Shown here in pieces: positions 42,701 through 47,912 of a stretch of DNA of 64,000 nt. The stretch is from IMG/VR virus record IMGVR_UViG_3300045988_180675, positions 96,001-160,000 of that record; one strand, written 5' to 3'. The DNA is from a virus. The notes under the pieces were generated by a model, which worked only from the letters and a program-made list of their open reading frames with translations, did no database searches and was not told the DNA's origin. The position numbers were made by a program, and so were the translations under genes. Positions within the stretch are counted from its first letter, which is position 1; every line of letters starts with the position of its first letter.

Positions 42701-44358
42701 ATAACCCGCTTATTATCTGTAGGTACATTTACCTTTTTCATTAATCCACTGCGGTCAAAATTTTGTTGTTGTGTAATTGCTCCGCTATCGCCTTGACTAA
42801 AAGCTCCACTTGAGAAATCATTCTTACTTGATATTCCACTATTTATATTTGGTTTGTTATCTGTAATATTTGGATGATTGTTTGGAATATCTCCAATTTG
42901 TTTCTTCGCTATATTTTCAGGGCTAATATTTCTTTTAACATTCGCAATATTTTTATTGATCTTATTTAATAATTCTTGTTCTTTTTCAGCTACATGTTGG
43001 ATAACTTCACTACTATATTTTTGTTTATTAACAACTTTATTTACATCTGTCTTTAATCCACTAAAGTTACCTTCTAGTTTATCTTCGATAAATGTTTCTT
43101 TCTGGGAGAATGCTTCATTACTAAAGTTTTGGTGAGAATCAATTCCAGTTCTACCAATATTCGTATTTTGTGCTTGTTGATTCTTAAACCCACTATTTTC
43201 CTGAATAATATTCTTATCTGCATTCTTAACTACTTGCTTATTTCCTGTGTGGGTATTCGATAATCTTTCATTGATCTTATCTGATAGTCTTTGACGCTCA
43301 TAACTAAGTGCATCTGATGGCTGCTCTTTTGTAGCCGTAGAGAAAGCGTCATTACTTAATTCTTTGTTTAAATTTGAAAAGACTTCTTGTTGAGCCTGTG
43401 GAAAGGTTCTTTCCCTTACTCTTTCCTCATTTAAAAACTTATGGTCAGCCTTTGCTGCATGCTCTTGCTTAGCAGCTTTCTTATCAATATCATTGTTGAT
43501 CCGTTTTGCTAGTTGTTGTCTTTCATATTCGATCGGATCAGAAGCTGTTGCTGTATCAATCTGTGAAAAAGCATCCCTATTGAGTTCTGTTGGGGGCTCA
43601 ATATTTTGTCTAAACTCTCTTGACGGCTGATCAAAATAGTTATTGTTTAAACGTTGCTCTTTAAAGCCTTCTCTTCCGTTAGGGGTCTTTTTAATTTCTT
43701 TATTTAATTTTTCTGATAATCTTCTTTGTTCGTATTCAATTGGGTTAGATGCCTCTGGGACATCTTCAATATTATCTTCTAATAGGTTCTCAACGCTATC
43801 CCCATGAGGCTTATTTAAAGGGTTAAATTGAGCCGATTGTGACTCTAATGGAGTACGTTCCAATCTGTTCTCAAACGGCTCTGTACTGCTATTTAACATC
43901 GCTTCTTGTTTGTTTAATAACTCTTGTTCTCTGTATTGTTGTTTGATTAATTCTTTACGATGTTCTTCTTGTTGTTTTTTAAAAAAATCTTCTTTTGCTT
44001 TTTTCTCTTTTTCACCTGAGAATCTTGCGTGATCCTTTTCTACATCGATTTCTTTTGGTTCATCAACTTTGTCTGTGTTTTCTTCTAAATCCTTATCATC
44101 TTCATTTGGTTCTTCTTCTAAATCTTCATTACTATCATCTTGATCCTGATCACGCTCTAATTCATCCTTATCATCATCTTCTGATTTTTCTTCTTCGTTT
44201 CCTTCTTTTTCAGTATCTTCTTCAGAAGCTTCTTCATCGTCCATGCTTAAAGCATCTCCTAGATCTGGAGACTGTTCTTCTTTTTCTTCACTGCCAGAAC
44301 CTTCGCTTGGTTCAATGTCATCAGTTTCTTTTATTTCTTTCTCATTGATTTCTGTCAT
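39772..44358 (-). CDS. large T4SS-associated cell-wall hydrolase with C-terminal NlpC/P60 domain (1528 aa)
   Basis: C-terminal DCSSLVYYALTQAGF (Cys) and HTEIYIGGGRTVGAH (His). One central TM (LTAGLATSVTMGGIFGGTALY). Extremely acidic N-terminus and internal repeats. Confidence 0.75.
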   Translation of the reverse strand: MTEINEKEIKETDDIEPSEGSGSEEKEEQSPDLGDALSMDDEEASEEDTEKEGNEEEKSEDDDKDELERDQDQDDSNEDLEEEPNEDDKDLEENTDKVDEPKEIDVEKDHARFSGEKEKKAKEDFFKKQQEEHRKELIKQQYREQELLNKQEAMLNSSTEPFENRLERTPLESQSAQFNPLNKPHGDSVENLLEDNIEDVPEASNPIEYEQRRLSEKLNKEIKKTPNGREGFKEQRLNNNYFDQPSREFRQNIEPPTELNRDAFSQIDTATASDPIEYERQQLAKRINNDIDKKAAKQEHAAKADHKFLNEERVRERTFPQAQQEVFSNLNKELSNDAFSTATKEQPSDALSYERQRLSDKINERLSNTHTGNKQVVKNADKNIIQENSGFKNQQAQNTNIGRTGIDSHQNFSNEAFSQKETFIEDKLEGNFSGLKTDVNKVVNKQKYSSEVIQHVAEKEQELLNKINKNIANVKRNISPENIAKKQIGDIPNNHPNITDNKPNINSGISSKNDFSSGAFSQGDSGAITQQQNFDRSGLMKKVNVPTDNKRVIKNERQIAQPNKQIVKNSFLEQQKSIDEQKAKKLKDAISNITRNNMPGISSISEKNSIGQSSGIINSPGPKENVEYLKSSGRFIEKRADGTMRYISQKEYDAGIAKKLKPSQEKSVLQPEKKKLVKISGGEVNVDAGQQLSTEKRTLVKDKISTGAIGDKDKVLTGKDSLIGAQREGSLARADKEASKMKQFLARRGNVTPSQNIFSPQGIANGGKAIVQSIGKKALTAGLATSVTMGGIFGGTALYQGRIRSNNTHIVQPVQAVNKSSADKDENMMQEMANMLQERLKAYYKILKGETLTEEEKKKAGSDYVPLQDITITKATLDGAEIDAGSITMSNLKNFSAEYNLSGSKTDKNGSIFSGLFKKNIGVSAVIPTYDFVDGEGNTIGNDKFLLSPESDIVFPNGTAGKAAKTNTTIQNTSGDSSAKLGSETQMDIMLNMLGAMETGGQVYGQRDYSNVINAEAGGEVASTIGWSSLYGNNARNYLTRFRSENQSKFSELDSNGIIAPLLEKDWEADRIELNAEQTEVVKKILTSSEGKKLQDRIAAERVVKHWNYCANTYTTNLRAVFWYTQLAELGGGDYASSPVDAVFQACNGDYSTENILKNLKKRNEGSQIGASLYNSRHAKYKEWIDEKIPENMEVDLANVEVTGAGAIDVVQAGTSGTSSSSGAGQLLFVKEILSMGAVAGYSGDPKDNYHFQKYCVTLADYAIAGHGQGITVELRTTASGQKESWTDEEGNKVEVNGKKIVATVKIPVLCDLAKLEENDKMFNYSWDLSNKTYGDKLVQSYIALRSSDFEKVFNVKIRALSFGYVGGNANPEWADGFGGISNLPYVKWAREIAADDSHGYSWVHRLGNPDYDCSSLVYYALTQAGFNVGPPAFSTYSQINLMTEAGFVQYEITSPDDLRPGDILWRQEHTEIYIGGGRTVGAHIDEVGGVQGAIGGDQTGEEISEGPTDWSGWTYGFHPPAGYNPTE
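42768..43761 (-). repeat. intragenic protein repeats (AFS...DPIEYERQxLxxxIN units)
   Basis: SNPIEYEQRRLSEKLNKEI, DAFSQIDTATASDPIEYERQQLAKRINNDI, DAFSTATKEQPSDALSYERQRLSDKINERL, plus degenerate EAFSQ and GAFSQ units. Confidence 0.6.
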
Positions 44359-44382
44359 TTAAAGATGCTCCTTTCGTACATC

Positions 44383-44398
44383 TTATATTATGCTATTT
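44383..44398 (-). promoter_or_regulatory. type-C promoter, copy C3
   Basis: Minus strand: AAAAATAGCATAATATAAG (CATAAT at 44387-44392). The SD sits in the loop of an AGATG/CATCT stem. Confidence 0.4.
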
Positions 44399-44411
44399 TT
44401 CATAAAATCAA

Positions 44412-44438
44412 AAAGAAAAAGACTATATTTTTAGTCTT
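44412..44438 (-). terminator. orphan terminator (copy of the one at 45984-46011)
   Basis: Hairpin AAGACTA-TATTTT-TAGTCTT flanked by A/T runs. No intact gene ends here. Confidence 0.55.
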
Positions 44439-44445
44439 TTCTTCT

Positions 44446-44515
44446 TTAATCCATATTCTTGTGAACTGCTTTGCATACTAAATACACGATTATCATGTAT
44501 ACCAAATATATGATT
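44446..44515 (-). pseudogene. decayed copy of the 3' end of a 45997..46737-like gene
   Basis: By eye about 75-80 percent identical to 46012-46085 (both contain TTTAATCCATATT...ACTGCTTT...). The frame is broken by TAG. Confidence 0.4.
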
Positions 44516-44519
44516 ATCG

Positions 44520-44690
44520 CCAGTCAACTACCCACCACCTAAAGGTAGTGGGCTTGTAACTGCCCAGTCGTACTAGCGGCTTACGCCTCCGACCTTTAAC
44601 CCCAATGAGCATTGCTACTCAAAGTGGCGTTACATCATAGGATGGTTGACACAACACCCTTTACGATAAAGTTTACTCTACCGTAACTGT
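44520..44690 (-). ncRNA. candidate omega-RNA (reRNA) scaffold of TnpB
   Basis: GC-rich, hairpin-dense ~150 nt that overlaps and follows the tnpB 3' end in an otherwise AT-rich window. This is the position expected for TnpB guide-RNA scaffolds. Confidence 0.5.
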
Positions 44691-45812
44691 ATCTGGTACT
44701 TGAGCTTCTTTGAGATAGCTGATTCCCATGTGATACAGATTCATAGCTCCAATGCGATCATCGTTAGAACTGTAGCCACAGTTTTTACAAGTAAACAGAT
44801 GTATCTTCTTGTTTCGATTAGACTTTTCAATATGTCCACATACAGGGCAACATTGACTTGTGTAACGAGGATCAACCTTAATAACAGTCGATTGATTCTG
44901 TTTTGCCTTGTAAATCAGTTTTTGTTCAAGGTCATAGAATGACCACGATACAGATACATAACGATCTTTTGTTTTAACACGTTCTGTAACACTACGAATA
45001 CCTGTCAGATCTTCAAGAACAAAGAGTGTATGCTTCGGATTAGATTCAACGAGTGCCTTACTAATGCAATGATTAACATCTTGCATCCAACGGTTTTCTC
45101 GCTGACCGATAGCTTTCAATCTGCGTCTTGCAGATGGAGTCTGACGCTTTTGTAGTTCTTTACGGAGCTTGGAGTAGTGGGCACGTTTCTGTTTGATAGA
45201 TCTGCCACTTACAAATCCAGATTTGTGCTTACTATCATAAGTAGCAATAACAAAGTTGATACCTCTATCAATCCCTACAACGTTACAGATATCTGATATG
45301 TTACTTTCTTCGACCTCATAACTTACAGGGATATGTAAAAAATACTTACCATGCTTATTTACAAGCTTGGCTGTACCAAACTTATAGGTTGTATGATCGA
45401 AGTATTTAGACATGCCCTTTGCAAAGTATGGTAGCTTGACACGACCATCCAGTGTATTAACTGAAAAACAGTTCTGCGTTAAGGAATAATCTCGATTCCA
45501 AACAAGGTCGTATTGAGGCTTATCAAAATTTGGCTTGATCCATTTTTTCTGGTTTTCAAGAATTGTCTTGTACCTTGCAATAACGGTCTTAAAAACAGAT
45601 TGAGCCATTTGTGATCTGAGTCCAAATTGTTCTCTAAGTGTAGAGTACAAAACCTGATTCAAAGAAAACTGCTTTAAGTTCTTTGTATTAAATATATATT
45701 CAGATACAAAATTACAGGCATCAGAATAGGCAGACATCGTTTTATCAAGTAAAGCTTTACTGTCTGTATCAACTGATATTTGGATTTTAGCTGTAACTGT
45801 CATCCGCTCCAT
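44673..45812 (-). CDS. tnpB: RNA-guided endonuclease TnpB (IS605 OrfB family)
   Basis: 379 aa. RuvC-I VGIDRGINF, RuvC-II FVLEDLTGIR, zinc finger CCPVCGH...CKNCGY, RuvC-III NDDRIGAMN. The catalytic D-E-D residues are all present. Confidence 0.9.
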   Translation of the reverse strand: MERMTVTAKIQISVDTDSKALLDKTMSAYSDACNFVSEYIFNTKNLKQFSLNQVLYSTLREQFGLRSQMAQSVFKTVIARYKTILENQKKWIKPNFDKPQYDLVWNRDYSLTQNCFSVNTLDGRVKLPYFAKGMSKYFDHTTYKFGTAKLVNKHGKYFLHIPVSYEVEESNISDICNVVGIDRGINFVIATYDSKHKSGFVSGRSIKQKRAHYSKLRKELQKRQTPSARRRLKAIGQRENRWMQDVNHCISKALVESNPKHTLFVLEDLTGIRSVTERVKTKDRYVSVSWSFYDLEQKLIYKAKQNQSTVIKVDPRYTSQCCPVCGHIEKSNRNKKIHLFTCKNCGYSSNDDRIGAMNLYHMGISYLKEAQVPDTVTVE

Positions 45813-45983
45813 AAATAAACCTTATTGTCCTTTCATTAAATATAGTATATACTATTATTAGTGAAAGTCAACAACTTTGAGGGGATTCAACTAAGGTTGA
45901 TACTTACAAACTTATAAGGCTCCTCCCCCGCCCAATGGCAGTGGGTTTCCGCAGATAGAATAGGGAGGACTTTATTTATAAAA

Positions 45984-46011
45984 GAAAAGAAAAAGACTAT
46001 TTATCTAGTCT
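45984..46011 (-). terminator. intrinsic terminator overlapping the stop codon
   Basis: Hairpin AGACTA-TTTATC-TAGTCT (45994-46011), followed by a T-rich run. Confidence 0.7.
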
Positions 46012-46737
46012 CTTTTCTTTAATCCATATTTGGCAGACTGCTTTATATGCCATATATATAATTATTACCAATGAAATCATAGTAAACGCTGTTCTCACAA
46101 CAATAGCTGGGGGAAGATTTTCCCCTTCCTTTTCTGCCTCGATCACCTTTTGTTCTTCTTTGTTTTCTTGCTTGTATTTCTCTTTCATCGGCTTTCCGAG
46201 CACTTCGTTTGCGTATTTATTTTCGAGTGTCTTTAACATGTTTAGATCATAGACTCCACCGTAATCTTCTGGCTTATTGGCAAAAGGGAAGTTGACGATC
46301 CAACCGTATTTATACATTAGGTCTTCATTACCGACAAAGGTTCTAAAACTTGCTACTTCATTATCCTTTACTTCGATATTGCCATAAATATCAAATGTAT
46401 ACAGTTTTTCAGAGGAAGAGCTATTATGACCGTTCTCCAAACCAATTACAGATGTCTTGATATGATATTTGCCAACTGGTAAATGGATCTTCTCTTGGAA
46501 CTTATCTGTACTATATGACATTTGGACAGAAAGAACCTCGTTTTCATTGGCATCGTAGAACTTTGTTTCAATAATAACATCTTTGTAGTCTTCGACCACA
46601 AAGCCAGCAAGGATTGCTTCTCCACATGGGGAGCCTGCAACACATGCATTGTTGGCTTCTTCTGCGTATGAAGCCTGTGGAACAAGTGCTAATCCCATAA
46701 TAGCAATAATTGTTAATAAAATCTTAATGAATTTCAA
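45997..46737 (-). CDS. secreted protein with C-terminal membrane anchor (246 aa)
   Basis: TTG start with AAGGAGGATCCATTT upstream. Signal peptide MKFIKILLTIIAIMGLALVPQASYA. C-terminal TM FTMISLVIIIYMAY. Confidence 0.65.
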   Translation of the reverse strand: MKFIKILLTIIAIMGLALVPQASYAEEANNACVAGSPCGEAILAGFVVEDYKDVIIETKFYDANENEVLSVQMSYSTDKFQEKIHLPVGKYHIKTSVIGLENGHNSSSSEKLYTFDIYGNIEVKDNEVASFRTFVGNEDLMYKYGWIVNFPFANKPEDYGGVYDLNMLKTLENKYANEVLGKPMKEKYKQENKEEQKVIEAEKEGENLPPAIVVRTAFTMISLVIIIYMAYKAVCQIWIKEKRLDK

Positions 46738-46749
46738 AATGGATCCTCC

Positions 46750-46989
46750 TTACTCGATTACAATATCGAACGTGTTATCACTTTCAAAAGTTTCTAGCAC
46801 ATCTCTGTTCAAATATGCGGCAAAACGTTCTTGTGGTACCCAGTCTGTTTTCGTGAGCCAGTGGACGTGCAGTCCGTTAGGTGTTGTCGCCTGAACTATA
46901 TACCAACCAGCAAAATTGTTTTTAGCCCACAAAGAAATGTTTTCGTACTTCTTTTCTTGAATCTGTTCTAAACATTCTCTTAACTTCAT
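46750..46989 (-). CDS. hypothetical protein (79 aa)
   Basis: ORF with an AAAGGAGAAAATGAA SD, behind promoter B8. Confidence 0.6.
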   Translation of the reverse strand: MKLRECLEQIQEKKYENISLWAKNNFAGWYIVQATTPNGLHVHWLTKTDWVPQERFAAYLNRDVLETFESDNTFDIVIE

Positions 46990-47030
46990 TTCATTTTCTC
47001 CTTTTCTAAGCGTATTTTACCATAAAGGAT

Positions 47031-47055
47031 ATTATCTTGCAATATACTGTTATGT
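47031..47055 (-). promoter_or_regulatory. type-B promoter, copy B8 (inverted box)
   Basis: Minus strand: ACATAACAGTATATTGCAAGATAAT. Confidence 0.5.
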
Positions 47056-47063
47056 CATTTTTA

Positions 47064-47100
47064 GCAAAAGAAAAAGAGGGGCGGTACCACCAACCTCTCT
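47064..47100 (-). terminator. GC-rich intrinsic terminator
   Basis: Minus-strand stem AGAGG(TT)GGTGG / CCGCCCCTCT with a T-run. Lies 48 nt after the annotated stop at 47158. Confidence 0.65.
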
Positions 47101-47157
47101 TTCTTTTAGACCTGATCTTCCTCAAATAGAATCGCAACATCGTCGATTACGATATCG

Positions 47158-47772
47158 TCATTCTTCAATGTAAAGTGTGAAAACATACTTATCATCCTTC
47201 CATTGTTCATCCATCTTATCAAAGCCCAAGAATACATTGTGGAATTCTGTAGCCATGACCTTAAAATCAATATGATGATTTTTGAGCTTTTTGGCTTCTG
47301 TTGGGTAGACCATTGAATAAGAACTCAACAATTCCATTCCAACGAGATCTTCCCAGTTTACCTGAGTGTTTTCAAAGTCTGGTGTTCCATCTTTATAGAA
47401 TGCCCAGTCAATGTAGACAACCGAACCGTCGAAGTTGACGATCTTTTCCTCAATGTTCTTTAAAGCCTTCTGCCCAGCTGTAAATTCATCGGCAGAACCC
47501 ATTAGATATCTGTTAATATCTTCTAGCTTCTGAATTTGATTCTGGAAGTCCTTTCCTTTTAGAACTGTGTTTGATCCAGATGAAGCACAATAGCAAACAG
47601 TGTTAAATGGGTTCTTTACACTATTTACACCATTCTGTGTTTGATAAAGCATTTTCATGCGAAGCAAGAATTCATCTGTCACCTCTAGTCCTGGGTAGGT
47701 TGAACCGCATAGATAATGGAAGAATACATTTTCGATCTTACCATTCCTTCTATTTACTACTAATAATTTCAT
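47158..47772 (-). CDS. hypothetical protein (204 aa)
   Basis: ORF with an AGGAGGAAAATCAA SD, behind cassette A11. Confidence 0.65.
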   Translation of the reverse strand: MKLLVVNRRNGKIENVFFHYLCGSTYPGLEVTDEFLLRMKMLYQTQNGVNSVKNPFNTVCYCASSGSNTVLKGKDFQNQIQKLEDINRYLMGSADEFTAGQKALKNIEEKIVNFDGSVVYIDWAFYKDGTPDFENTQVNWEDLVGMELLSSYSMVYPTEAKKLKNHHIDFKVMATEFHNVFLGFDKMDEQWKDDKYVFTLYIEE

Positions 47773-47829
47773 TTGATTTTCCTCCTATAGCCATTTTGGC
47801 TTTATTATTTCCCACCTTATTCGAATCTT

Positions 47830-47869
47830 TTCTCCATGATCATCAAATAAAGTCATATTTATTATGCGA
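47830..47869 (-). promoter_or_regulatory. type-A promoter/leader cassette, copy A11
   Basis: CATAAT (47861-47866), then 19 nt, then TTATTTGATGATCATGGAGAA. AGCC-AAAAT-GGCT hairpin (47789-47801) abuts the SD. Confidence 0.55.
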
Positions 47870-47881
47870 TACAAAAGGAAA

Positions 47882-47906
47882 AGAAAAAGATAGGGGTTTC
47901 CTATCT
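47882..47906 (-). terminator. intrinsic terminator
   Basis: Hairpin AGATAGG-GGTTT-CCTATCT (47888-47906), followed by a T-run. Confidence 0.75.
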
Positions 47907-47912
47907 TCTTTC

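Larger units (their letters stand above)
44520..45972 (-). mobile_element. IS200/IS605-family TnpB-only element (no TnpA)
   Basis: tnpB is flanked by related imperfect subterminal hairpins (44531-44552 CCCACCACC-TAAA-GGTAGTGGG; 45921-45969 TCCTCCC...CCCA-ATGGCAG-TGGG...GGGAGGA). The ends are approximate. Confidence 0.6.

Noticed and set aside
44412-46085. Flanking similarity around the TnpB element interpreted as a target-site duplication.
   Set aside because: IS200/IS605-family elements insert without duplication. The repeats are about 100 bp and only about 75-80 percent identical by eye. They are reported instead as a decayed paralog or carried flank.
47106-47160. Possible +1 frameshift extending gene 47158..47772 by 17 acidic residues (…EEDDIVIDDVAILFEEDQV*), ending right at the GC-rich terminator.
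   Set aside because: The extension frame is short and AT-rich, so such openings arise by chance. There is no slippery motif at the TGA. The 48-nt untranslated gap before the terminator is not abnormal. This cannot be distinguished from a sequencing indel without reads or homologs.
926-47869. The possibility that the repeated type-A cassettes are a CRISPR array, or that TTGATG within the conserved block is the -35 of the promoter.
   Set aside because: The copies are 0.3-13 kb apart, separated by genes, and are not regularly spaced, so this is not a CRISPR array. In copy 23842-23883 only about 25 nt separate TTGATG from the SD, which leaves no room for a spacer, a -10 and a leader, so the block must lie downstream of the promoter.
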